Notes under the pieces: generated by a model
The model's input: only the letters and a program-made list of their open reading frames with translations
Told to the model about the DNA's origin: nothing
Database searches by the model: none
Program-made: the position numbers and the translations under genes
Shown: piece after piece, positions 21,926 to 33,183 of the stretch
Position numbering within the stretch: position 1 is the stretch's first letter
Layout of the letters: every line of letters begins with the position of its first letter
From: Eukaryota sp. GEM-RC1
Lineage: Eukaryota
Length of the DNA stretch: 64,000 nt
Assembly (NCBI GenBank): GCA_040285855.1
Contig: JAUFOQ010000002.1
Span: 744,001 to 808,000, forward strand
Direction of reading: 5' to 3'

Positions 21926-23952
21926 CTAAAAACCTAATTCCGCTGCAGTTTTAACTATAGCCTTAATACTATCTTGTAGCTCTTTAGGAATACCCTGAAT
22001 CTCTACTCCAACTAAAAATCCACTAACAATAGCACTAGTCGCTTCATCTTCCGTTAAACCACGAGACTGTAGATACTGGATCTTTTCGGTAGAGATTCTA
22101 CCAACAGAAGCTTCATGAGATAGCTCAGATAGTCGATGATTACCATCAATCTGAGGTAAAGCCCAAATCTTTCCAGCAGTATCTTCACCAATCAAAAGTC
22201 CTTGACATTCAACGTGACCACGTGTATCAGGTGCATTTCCAACACAAAGAGCACGTGCAATCACGTGGCCCCCTGAAGAAATAATTCGAGAAACAACTTC
22301 AGCAGTAGATCCTCTTCCATTCAGTATAGCTCTAGAACCAGCATCAACAACGGTTCCCTCTCTCGCATAAATGATTGAGTTGAAGCGAGCAGAAGCATTC
22401 TCTTCTAGTGTGGCAAGAGGATTCAACTGAACCTTGGTGACAGGAGCTAAACAAACGTAATTAGAAACAAATGATCCATTTCTAGCAACATGAGAAGCTG
22501 AGCGAGGGTAGGCTTCAACCGAGGTACACCAACGATGAATCATAGAGAAGGTGATTGTGGCGGATTCTTCAACAAAGAATTCAGAAATACCGTAATGTTT
22601 ACCATTAGCTGAAGAAGAGCAAGTGCAACCACTGATGACGTGCATTTCTGATCCAGGCTTGGCAATGAGGACGTTATGGACATGTTGAATATCAGCATTC
22701 TCAAGTCTAAGGTTTGCTTCAATCGGATGCTCACATTTAGCATTCTCATGAGCAATAATGACATATCCTTGGGGATTTCCAAACTTTTCTTGTTCGTCCA
22801 CGTGTTTGGTGACGTAATCAGCATCTTTCTTAACCACCTTCCACATATACTTCTCCATCCAATCGTACTTTTCAAGGGCATCTTTCAATGATAAAACCTC
22901 AATATCAGGATTAACAGTCAGAGCAGTTTCAAACTGACAGTCACGTTGCATGTATTCACCAGAGTTCTGAGGTAATTTCAACACAGCATCAGCCTCTTGA
23001 CCTTGAATGACAATCTCATGAAGAGTATCTAGCCTAGGAATATCAGCATCCATGACCATGTCTGTGGTCAATTTGACTGGAGCAGGGTCAACAGAGAGAC
23101 GAACTCGAGGTTCAGGACGGGGAGCAGCGGTTTGAGAAGCAAGACAAATGGTACAGTCACCAGTACAGGACTGACAAGGATCATACCCAAACTTAGCAAT
23201 GGTTTCAAGGATACGGCGAGGTTCGCCACTACAAGAGATGCGTCCATCAACCATAACATAAGCAAGATCAGCTTGGATAAAGTCAAGAATAAATCCAGTG
23301 TGAGTAACAACGAGACCTCCTTTTCTAATAGAGGATGGAGATTGGTCAGACCTTGTTAGTAGAGTATTAGCAATCTGCCCTATTACTGAAAGGTTCTCAA
23401 CATCAACACCAGATTCTGGCTCGTCGAGCATAACCATGACAGGTTCAGTGAGGAGAAGCTGGAGAGACTCTGAGCGCTTGATTTCACCACCAGAGAAGCC
23501 CTTATTGACTTGGCGGGAGAGGTGGTTGTGCATGTTGGTCATACGAGCAAGTTTGTTGATACGGACCGCATTGTCTTCCTCGAGATAAGTTTTGTCAGTA
23601 AAGGGATCTGTTTTTGTTGATTTCGTTCAGCAAGCACATTGAGTAAAAATTCGAGTTGTAGACCATCAACAGTTGGAGGTCGTTGGAACATCATTCCAAC
23701 ACCAAGGCGCGCACGTTCATCGGTAGTCATGTTAGTAATGTCACGTCCTAAGAAATAGATGTGGCCTTGTGTAACCTTTAAGTCACCAACACCCATGATA
23801 GCTGAGAGAAGGGTAGATTTTCCAGAGCCATTCTTTCCATAGAGCACAACAGTTTCGCCAGCATGGACACTCAAATTGACACCCTTAAGGATAGGGGTAT
23901 TAGATTCGGCGGCAGAAACATGGAGGTTTTCAATACGTAACAGTTCAAACAT
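21926..23952 (-). CDS. sufCB: Fused SufC-SufB (SmsCB) Fe-S cluster scaffold, ~675 aa, one -1 shift at the A5 run 23611-23615
   Basis: ABC ATPase part: GKNGSGKST, FQRPP, FSGGEIKRSE, MLDEPESGVD, VVTH. Then Cys linker CQSCTGDCTIC and a SufB beta-helix (QHVHN, GISEFFV, GHVECQGLL, LSHEASVGRI...YLQSRGLTEDEA...GF). Confidence 0.92.
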
Positions 23953-24405
23953 TCAAAGAGATAAGAATAAGTAATAAGGAGGCTGTTTCAATTTTAGAAG
24001 GGGGAGTGACGAGGGGAAGGGCCAAAATCGTCACCCAATCACGTTCTTATTGGTATTCTTTAAAGCTGCAGTTTCTCTTACTATATGAATGTGAATGTAC
24101 ACGTGCCACAACAGTATGTTTTTATAATGTATTGGTACATTGTGAAATGACGTCTTGTTCCGACAGGAATGAAAGCCTCAACAGTAATAACTATCCTTGA
24201 AAAAAGTTCCGCTAATTGAGGAACAAATTAAAGACAATCTGAATGCCTTCTTTCGAATAGGATCGGTCACAGCCTATTTTGGTGTTCTTTTTGAAGTATT
24301 TTTTTTACAATAAACATCAAACGATGTCTGATTCAGAATAGAGTTGGTTTAAACGATTCCAGTTCATAACACCACAATAACTTTATAGCTTTTTAACGTA
24401 TTTTT

Positions 24406-25059
24406 TAAGGCTGTTAAAAAGTTAGGATAAGATCATCGGAACTCGGGTCAGGTCATGTCTCAGGTCAGATCAAGATACCTCATATCAGGTCTCGGGTCAG
24501 GTCAAGATGCCCCACTTCGGGTCTCGGGTCAGGTCAAAGATACCTCATATCAGGTCTCGGGTCAGGTCAAGATGCCCCACTTCGGGTCTCGGGTCAGGTC
24601 AAGATACCTCAGATTCGGTCTTCTCTGCTCAATGTATGTGCTGTAGTTGAAAATCATGATGGATTGACAGCACAGATCTAATGTGATGTATCAAAATGTT
24701 CTACACTAGCTAAATATTCTGTCATGTGTGTATTGTACAATCTTCCAGTTTTGAGAATGACACGGTTTACAAGTTGACTATGCTCAAGCTCTTGTCTGTC
24801 TGAATGCATGATTAAAATTTGGTTTTGAATTAAAAGATTTATTAAGCGGTTGTTTTTCTATTTTTGAGTTCAAAATAACAAACAACTGAACAGCAACTAT
24901 AAAACACAACAGTTCTCCCATCGGGTCAAAGGTCAGGTCAAGACATCATGCAACAGGTCAAAGGTCAGGTCAAGATACCTTGTCTCGGGTCAAAGGTCAG
25001 GTCAAGATAGGATCATGACTTTGACCTGACCCGTGACCTGATATCTTTTAACAGCCTTA
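24406..25059. mobile_element. Non-autonomous hAT-type element (654 bp)
   Basis: TIR TAAGGCTGTTAAAA/TTTTAACAGCCTTA; 8-bp TSD GTATTTTT at 24398-24405 and 25060-25067; subterminal arrays of (TCG)GGTCAGGTCAAGAT at both ends. Confidence 0.9.
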
Positions 25060-25108
25060 GTATTTTTATTATGCAACAATCTCTACAAAAATTGTACAAC
25101 CTGACAGA

Positions 25109-27004
25109 ATGTTCTCAACCCCTTCAACACTGAACTCGTCAACTACCACTAGTTATGAGCAAAAAAGCACTGTTAGAAAAGACTATCATGATGACTTTGA
25201 CGATGTAGATCTCTTCCGTCCCCAAAACCATTATGTTCCTCCTTCAACTCAACCCTTCTCTTCCAACACTCTTCTACCAGAACCAACCGATCTATCAGCT
25301 GATTCTTCAGGTGATCAAGATGTACACTCAGCCATGCTTTCTCAACAACTTGATGATGCTCATGCTCAAATCTCTCTTCTTGAGAAACAATTGGAAAAAG
25401 AAAAACAAGAACATGTTCGTCTTCAGTCATATTCAGAACTTCAGGTATCTCAGTCAGTACTCAAATTAAAACAGGCTGCTGAAGAAATGTCTCGTCTGCA
25501 GCACCAACTCAAGACTTCTACTGAAACAATGGAAAAAAGAAAGTCTGATGGACAACGTTTCATCCAGAGGTTTCTCAAGACTAAAGACGCTGGGAAACGT
25601 CCAGTATCTCTTGGAAAAGCTGACGTTTCCTTCATTATAGAGGCTTTTGAGGATGAAATTAAAGAAAAAGATGGTGTGATTAGTTCACTTGAACAGGAAG
25701 TTAAGGATTTGTCAATAAGTTTAAAAAATTTGGAAAATTTTGAAATCACTGGGAATACTCAAATGAAGAGTTGTAAGGATGAGTTATTAATGGAATTAAG
25801 TGGATGCAGAAAAGAACTTCAAGAAAAAGAAACACTTTTAACGAAGTCTACAAGTGAAAATTCCAAATTATCCCAACAAATTGATTTTCTGAACAAATCA
25901 CTCATTACTCAGCAAAAGGAACATGCAGTAGTTGTTGAGAAATTAAATGCAGAGCTTTTGGGCAGACCTTCGAATCAAGAATTTAAATTATTGCAATCAA
26001 AACTTGCCAAAGTCGAAGATGATCTCCAAAAATACAATCAAGGAAAATTTAATCATTGAACATGGACGACCGAAAGGTGATGGCGAAGCACGACATCAAA
26101 TCAAAGTCGATAAAAAGGCTCATCAAATGGGGATCAATCAAAACATTAGGAAAGAATCACGGTCTAACTTAGAACATTTCTGTAAGGAAATTTGTACAAT
26201 TCTTGAAGCTCAAAACCTACGTGAAGCTCTAAGCTCTTTGAACATTCTTAAAGATTTGGTCCCGACCCTGACTAATATGGAAAGATTCTTCACTGAGCTC
26301 CACTCCTTAATCAGTTCACGTCATTCTTGCTCTCCGACTCCTGTTGGATTATTGAAATCGTTTCACAAAATTTTAAATGATTTGTCGGTGAAAGAGGATA
26401 AGTTACAGGAAGTAGTTAATTTGGTACAGAATTTTACTGATGAATTCTTGGTGGATGAAGAAAATTTAGACAATGTTCTAACTCATCTGTTAGGGTTGAA
26501 GTCTGAAGAATTCTCTCGAGATGACGTGGTGTATAGAGAGTTTAGCGTTGCTTTTATGAACTTGTTTGGATTTGAACAACCTGAACTGAATAGGATGGTC
26601 GCCTTTTTGAACAAATTGTATTTGAAAAATGAGGAATATTCTAATTTTATCAAAAATATCAAGGATTTGATTGGTCTTGATTATACCAAATCAACTAGTG
26701 ATGTGGAAGTTGCTGTCTCTAGATTGATCAATTTGACTCGAGGACTTGACATCAAACCTGATGATGTGATTTCAGCTCAAAATGTTAAAGAATTTGAAAA
26801 ATTAGGACGAAATGTTTGCAGTATTTTAAATTGTTCGGTGGAAGAAGTTTTTCGAAATTATCTAAAATTCTTTCAGCAATGAAGCAAGCTGAATCAAAAC
26901 TGTCTGAATACGATGCAATTCTTTCTGAAATATCAACTCTTTTAAAGGTTCCGAATTACTCTGATATTTCAGATGCATTATTCAATCTTTTACGAACACA
27001 ATAG
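25109..27004 (+). CDS. Coiled-coil protein, possibly CEP70-like, two frameshifts
   Basis: Long heptad regions, then IKVDKKAHQMGI and FMNLFG...MVAFLNKLY blocks resembling the CEP70 C-terminus. ORFs 25109-26059, 25947-26882 and 26816-27004. Confidence 0.6.
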
Positions 27005-27261
27005 ATCTGATTTTTATTGCTTATTTGTATTTTTATTGTTATTACTTTGTTGGGAGCTGAATTTTAGGCTGTATCATAATCGGTTTCGTTGTGAAGTATT
27101 TGTATTGTTGTTTTGGCCTGATTTGGCTTTTCTTCAAGAAGAGTTTTGGGCTTTCTTTTTGTCTGTTAAATTACTTCATTCAGACTTTCTCCGATCTGTA
27201 ATATAGTGTAAACTACACACCTCTCTCAATAAATATGTGTTTGTTCCAAAGTTGTTCAAAG

Positions 27262-27779
27262 CAGTGTTCGAAATTTCCCACGTGTTTTTTAAAAGACACC
27301 GTGTCGGTGTTAACACGCGTGTCCACACGGTGTCTTTGATGTGTCTTTTGGGTGTTTTTGCGTGTTTTTTCGAAAAAAATTTCTCATCAACTATACAGAG
27401 TTTGACTATCAAAACATTCTTTTGGGCCAATTCTTGCCTTTATCTGACATCCCATCACTGAATCTTGGATTCTGTGGTTCTGTTGAGTTGAATTGTGTTC
27501 TAGGTTTGGTTGACAACGCATCATGTCAGTATTTTGGCCACTTTCTGTTGGCATTGCAGTCTATTGTGGTATAACTTATAGAAAAACATTCAAGTCGAAC
27601 AGTATTGAGGGAAATAAAAGGGTACTTTCGAAGTTTACTAGGTTTTTTGCAGAAAAACACGTACACACGCGGTGTCTTTTTGCGTGTTTTTTTGCGTGTT
27701 TTTCCAACTAACTGTTTTGGTGTCCGTGTCCAAACGTGTCTGCGTGTCCGAACGTGTCCAGGCGTGTCTTCGAACACTG
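27262..27779. mobile_element. Non-autonomous hAT-type element A (518 bp)
   Basis: TIR CAGTGTTCGAA/TTCGAACACTG; TSD GTTCAAAG at 27254-61 and 27780-87; subterminal CGTGT(C/T) repeats. Confidence 0.9.
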
Positions 27780-27787
27780 GTTCAAAG

Positions 27788-28351
27788 CAGGCTTGTAAAA
27801 AACGTTGCTCAAAAATAAAAAACGACGTTTTTTATCGTTTTTTACGTTTTTTTCGAATTTAGTAAAAAACGTTCAAAAAGGGCAGGTCAACTTTTTCAAC
27901 TTTTCACTGTTTTCTCACTTCATTTTCATCAACCAAATCTTTCATAGTTCGGTCATTGCAGCTATGTTCTTTTGAGATTGGAAGAAGAACACCATGGAGA
28001 TGAAGTATAGTGCTCATCTGCCGATGATGACGTGGTCAGGACGGGAAGATAACCAGATATGTGCAACAAGAACACTGTTCGAGTGTACCTGAAGGTGGTT
28101 TCACTCAGATACATAACCAAAGAGTATATACTGTACCAGTAATAGTGACACCAACAAATGCCCTTGCCTTGTTTCTGTCTTGCTTGGTCAGAAACAACTC
28201 ACCTGAAAGAACACATGACATAATAAGACAAAAGTGGAGTAGAAAGTCGTTCTTTTGTGTCACTCCAGAATATAAAAAACTTTGACGATAATAAAAAACG
28301 TCGTTTTTTTCAAAATACGTTTTAAACGTTTTTTATCAACTGACAAGCCTG
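27788..28351. mobile_element. Non-autonomous hAT-type element B (564 bp)
   Basis: TIR CAGGCTTGT/ACAAGCCTG; TSD GTTCAAAG at 27780-87 and 28352-59; subterminal AAAAACG/CGTTTTT repeats. Confidence 0.9.
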
Positions 28352-28410
28352 GTTCAAAGACATTAAGGGAATCATGAAAAATTCAATGTAATTTTTACTC
28401 CCCTACTAGA

Positions 28411-29262
28411 ATGACAACAAACGGTGATCAACTCTTTCAAGACGCTGAGAAACGACTTAAACGTTTCCTATCCTTTGGTACTGCAAAATATGAAGATGCT
28501 GGTGACCTTTTTGTCCGAGCAGCCAATGCTTACAAACTTCGCAAGCAGTGGAGACAAGCTGGTGATTCCTTTCGCCGAGCAGCTGAATGTGCTGAAAAGG
28601 TTGAAGGTCAAGAATTTGAGATCGGCAATCAATTAGGCCATGCAGCCAATTGTTACAAGAAAGTAGACCCACAACTTGCTGTGTCCTGCTTTAGAGAAGC
28701 ATCGGAAACATTTGCTGCTGCTGGCCGTTTCCAAACTGCTGCCAAGCATCTCAAAGACGCAGCTGAATCAATGAAATCAGATGGAGAAAAGGAAGCCGCT
28801 GCTGAACTCTTTTTGGAAGCTGCTTCGTTATTCGAAAGCGAAGATCAGAATTCTTCTGCTCAGCAATGTGAACTATCTGCTGCAGATCTACTTGCGGACA
28901 TTGACAAGTTCACAGACGCTGCTGAAATCTATCAACGTATTGGTCTTGGAGTTCTTGAAGATCGTCTTCGAAAGTTCTCAGCTCGCGAGTATTTCCTGAA
29001 ATGTATAATGTGCCACCTAGCTAACTCTGATTACGTTGCTGCTGACCTTGCTCTGGAGAAGTTCAATTCGTCAGATGCTTCGTTTAGTTCAACTAGAGAG
29101 TTTGAACTAGCAAATGGAATAGTAGAGGCTTGTCAATCTGGTGACGAGGACAAGTTCACTGCGTCTGTGTATGAGTATGATACTATTTCCAAATTAGATG
29201 ATTGGAAAACAGGCATTTGTCTAAAAATCAAACAACATCTTGAAGATGATGATGTGATATAA
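28411..29262 (+). CDS. NAPA: Alpha-SNAP (Sec17)
   Basis: 283-aa intact ORF with KYEDAGDLFVRAANAYK, GRFQTAAKH, FSSTREF and YDTISKLDDWKT. Confidence 0.95.
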   Translation: MTTNGDQLFQDAEKRLKRFLSFGTAKYEDAGDLFVRAANAYKLRKQWRQAGDSFRRAAECAEKVEGQEFEIGNQLGHAANCYKKVDPQLAVSCFREASETFAAAGRFQTAAKHLKDAAESMKSDGEKEAAAELFLEAASLFESEDQNSSAQQCELSAADLLADIDKFTDAAEIYQRIGLGVLEDRLRKFSAREYFLKCIMCHLANSDYVAADLALEKFNSSDASFSSTREFELANGIVEACQSGDEDKFTASVYEYDTISKLDDWKTGICLKIKQHLEDDDVI

Positions 29263-30448
29263 TTATTTGAAATATAGTTCACTTGTAAATCCTTTTGATT
29301 GACTATTTAAGTCCAATATTCGCTTAATAAATTGACAATTGTATTGAATTTTTTGTTACCTTAGTTGTTTGGGATCAATTTTCGAGAATTAAAGAAAGAA
29401 TTGAGGTTTTTGGATACAGTCTTTATAACTTCTCTAACTGAATCAAGAGCTGTTAGTTATCCAACTGGAACAACTTTGGTAACTGATTGGAACTGTGCAA
29501 AATTTCTATCTTCCTTAAACAATTTATCAGAGAATTAAAGTTCTTACATTTACTTAACTTAGCCTGGATTTAAAATGCATCAACAAATGTTTTTGCAACA
29601 TTTAATACCACTAACAAACTTAGAAAACGTTACCAACAAAATGACAACTTATAATTATTACGATCTACTTTTTTAAGGCCCAACACAAAATTCACAAATG
29701 CCAAAAAAACCCTTTTGAAAAAATGTCTTCCCAACAAAACGGACAAACGGTTAAAATCATTATCTAGTTCCTCTAAATGCTGCTACCATACATTCAAAGT
29801 GACAGCAGATTTAAATACAAGTAGTATGTGTCCTTTACATTTTGAATTGTTTTCAGACTTGAAACAGAATTAGGAACAATTATTGTTGGAAACTGTTGAC
29901 CTGAAATTCAGAAGTACCTCTATTTCGATCATTGAAAGTGTCAATTAGATTTGATCAATGATTGTGAAGAGTTTTCCAGGTATTCTTTTATAAGAAATTA
30001 AATTCACTAATCACAGGAACCAAAATGTGTGAAATACACTGTATTAGTTGTTATTTATTGTCAATTTTGACAGAACTCATCACAATAACTCCACTTTGAG
30101 AATGACTTCGACTGTTGGAAAATGAGAAATAAAAACATCTATAATAAACTAGAAGAGATAACAAGTAGAGTAAGAATTCAATTTGTTGGATCAAATGTGT
30201 AATAGTTTAATACAATAAGAATGAACAATTCAAAAAATGAATAACATCCCTAATACAAAATGGAGAAATCGGAAAAATGAAATGTTGGCTGAAAATTTAC
30301 AGTATCTTGAGAACTTAGCCACCGTGTTAACCCCATCAACTGGTTGAGACGCAACCACAACCACGGATATTTTCCAAACGTAGCAAAAACAACTCAAATG
30401 TAACTTTTTCCATAAACAAGCATCCAGTCAATAGCAACCTATTACTAA

Positions 30449-30889
30449 TCAAGCTTCCATCATAAAATCCAAGAAGTCAGTGTAAGCAATCAAATCTTCA
30501 TCACCCCCAGTCGCAAACTCAGAAATAAGAGAGACACTGGAAGTAGAGAGGCCATACGACGACAAAAGCCTACAAAAGTCTTGAACATTAAGAAATCCTG
30601 TTTTCTGACGATCAATTTGCTTACAATAGTTCAAAATAGATGAATGGAGCTTGAGAGAATGAAGTGATTGTTCGTAAATGGAACAGAAGCTGTCAAAGTC
30701 TATAACTTTAAGTGGACTATCCTTTGCAAAGTAGTCTGTTATGACTGTATTGGAATAGAAGGCATTGCAGCTTTGTAACAATGAAGCAGTTTGCTCTGGT
30801 GTGAGCAAATCATCCTTATCATCGTCAAAAGAGCTAAAGCAAGTACGCAGATGGTCTAGTTGACGTATGTGATAGAAACGGGTAGGCAT
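30449..30889 (-). CDS. Divergent calmodulin-like EF-hand protein
   Basis: EF-hand-like loops FDDDKDDLLTPEQ, IDFDSF, IDRQKTGFLNVQDF and IAYTDF. First ATG is at 30889. Confidence 0.75.
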   Translation of the reverse strand: MPTRFYHIRQLDHLRTCFSSFDDDKDDLLTPEQTASLLQSCNAFYSNTVITDYFAKDSPLKVIDFDSFCSIYEQSLHSLKLHSSILNYCKQIDRQKTGFLNVQDFCRLLSSYGLSTSSVSLISEFATGGDEDLIAYTDFLDFMMEA

Positions 30890-30927
30890 TAACAACAAAG
30901 ACTTAACGAAACTCGAACTTTTCCTCA

Positions 30928-32901
30928 ATGTTGAAGACTATACTACTTCTTGTTTTATGTTCTTGTTATGTATTAGGAGCAAAACCAACAGCATCTTCAT
31001 CAACATCACCCGAATCGTTCATCCAATATGTTCGTTCAAAACCCTCTCTCACTGTTGATTCAGTCCGTGATTATATTAACGATGAGTCTCCTGACTTACT
31101 ACTGAACTCAACTCTTCTATATTCTCTAACATCGTCTGTATTTAGTCATCTGTCTCTTCAACACAACCAACTACCACATCTATGGGTCCAGTCATCTCAA
31201 GCCACCAACACAACCCACCACGATCTAGTCACTACTCTTCTCATCGACCACTACAAACCCCATCTATTACTATTAAATCTCACAAGAGAATTAGGCGGTA
31301 GATCGGCTCCTCAAGCCAACTTCGATCTGGCTGTCCTTGCTTCTCTTGGACTTCCCTACGACGTTCCTGCCCATCCTTCACTTCCTTTTCTCTCTCTGAC
31401 TTTCTCAGCTCGAGGCAACTTTCTACCAGCAAGGCTAGCCCTTGGCTATCGTCACTACCATGGTCATGGTGTTCCAAAAGATTGCAAGACCGCCGCAGCT
31501 CATCTTCTAGCTGCTGTAAAAGACTCTCTAGAGCTTAACCAGTTTGATATTGATCCTTCAAAGAAGTCTTTTCTTCGGTTAGTTGAGAAATCACCTGGAC
31601 TTAAGCAAACCCTTGCAGACAAATACTCTCTTCCCCTTGACTTCTTGAGAATTCGTGCTCGTCATGACACCAATGCTGCAAGAACTCTAGGTGAGGCTTC
31701 TCTGAGAGGTCTTGGCTCTGCTCCAGATCCTTCACAGGCAGGTAAGATCTTCCATGATCTAGCTAGACGTGGTGACAGCTCAGCAATGGTCAATCTTGCT
31801 TGGATGCATATCTATGGCCAAGGAGTTGAACAGAACAATAAGACTGCTCTTAATCTCTTTGCAGAAGCTAACGACCATGGCAATGCTGATGGTCTCGCTG
31901 GTCTCGGTTACTGTTTCCTTCATGGTGCTGGAGTTAACAAAGATCTTCACAAAGCAGCAGAATACCTAGCTCAATCAGTTGAAGGCGGAAGTGTTGTTGG
32001 AAAGTATTGGATGGCTTTGTGTTTGTGGAAAGGTTTTCTGGATCCCGTTGTAAAGAAAGATCATAAGCTCGCCAGGTCTTTGTTCAGTGAAGCTTATATC
32101 TCAGGACATTGGGTAGCTGGGTTCTATCTATCTCAAATGTACTTGAGTGGAGAAGGTGGACCAGCATTCTGTGATGAATCTGTAATGATACTGAGGAAAC
32201 TTGCCGGTCAATCAACAATCGTGATTGATACTCTTTCTGACACCCAGAAGGCACTATTATCACATGATTATGCTGGGGCCATGAGTCACGCCAGCAAGGC
32301 AGCCTCCATGGGCATTGAAGAAGGCTGGGCAAGTCTAGCTTTCATGTTAAGAAGAGAACCGTTAGTTCCTGAATGGAAGGAGAAGTTGGAGTTTGCATTG
32401 ATTAGATCAACTGAGTTGGGGGGAGTTGACAGTTGGCTTTGGTTGGGTAAGTTTTATAAGAGAGATGGGAAGTTTGAAAAGGCCACGGAAATGTTTGAAA
32501 AAAGTTGTAAATTTGGTGTTGCAGAGGCGTGTTTCAGGCTTGGTTACGCTTTTGAGATTGGTCAAGGAGTTTCTCGTGATTTTGACCTTGCCAAACGTTA
32601 TTATGATCTTTGCAGTGAACACGAACCTATTATTGGTTCACTCGCCCTCTTTAAACTTCGCCTTGTTGGTCTATACCGGTGGATACGTTTCCGTGAACCT
32701 CTAGGGAACTGGTGGTTCTTTAGAGGAACTTCAAAGAAGGTACCTGCTGTTTATGAGAAGAAGATCGAAGAAGAAGAGGTGGAGGAAGATTTATTGTATC
32801 TATTTGATTTTGATTTTTATTTGCTTATAATCTTTTCTCTGATTTTGCTGTTATTAGCTCAATTGGTTTTGTTAATTCGACAACGTAATCTTCGTAGGTA
32901 A
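30928..32901 (+). CDS. SEL1L: SEL1L/Hrd3 (ERAD) Sel1-repeat membrane protein
   Basis: Signal peptide, LALGYRHYHGHGVPKDC, multiple Sel1 repeats, RDFDLAKRYYD and a C-terminal TM. Confidence 0.88.
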   Translation: MLKTILLLVLCSCYVLGAKPTASSSTSPESFIQYVRSKPSLTVDSVRDYINDESPDLLLNSTLLYSLTSSVFSHLSLQHNQLPHLWVQSSQATNTTHHDLVTTLLIDHYKPHLLLLNLTRELGGRSAPQANFDLAVLASLGLPYDVPAHPSLPFLSLTFSARGNFLPARLALGYRHYHGHGVPKDCKTAAAHLLAAVKDSLELNQFDIDPSKKSFLRLVEKSPGLKQTLADKYSLPLDFLRIRARHDTNAARTLGEASLRGLGSAPDPSQAGKIFHDLARRGDSSAMVNLAWMHIYGQGVEQNNKTALNLFAEANDHGNADGLAGLGYCFLHGAGVNKDLHKAAEYLAQSVEGGSVVGKYWMALCLWKGFLDPVVKKDHKLARSLFSEAYISGHWVAGFYLSQMYLSGEGGPAFCDESVMILRKLAGQSTIVIDTLSDTQKALLSHDYAGAMSHASKAASMGIEEGWASLAFMLRREPLVPEWKEKLEFALIRSTELGGVDSWLWLGKFYKRDGKFEKATEMFEKSCKFGVAEACFRLGYAFEIGQGVSRDFDLAKRYYDLCSEHEPIIGSLALFKLRLVGLYRWIRFREPLGNWWFFRGTSKKVPAVYEKKIEEEEVEEDLLYLFDFDFYLLIIFSLILLLLAQLVLLIRQRNLRR

Positions 32902-33183
32902 GTTTGTTCAAAAGTGTGATTTACTCGATGTTTTTGGTTAACCTTTTTGGTTTTCTCTTCAGTGTAATTAGGCTTTGATCTGTGATCTCTATATAAATCG
33001 ATGATTGTGTTTTTGATAGTCTGATATTGTTCATGTAGTTAGTCGTGAGACAACCACTTTATTGTTTTGTCATTGGGCAATAACTTATGGCGCTGATTTA
33101 ATCATAGTTTAAATATACAAGAAGCATGAGTTGTTAAGGAGGACAAATGTCACTTTCCCTTTCTCAATTTCTCTCATTCCGAT

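Noticed and set aside
24440..24612. CRISPR-like array or small ORF 24455-24646
   Set aside because: There are no unique spacers; the units are subterminal repeats inside a TIR/TSD-bounded hAT element.
27176..28285. Cluster of small ORFs on both strands
   Set aside because: Nearly all lie within or across the two hAT MITEs and derive from their low-complexity repeats.
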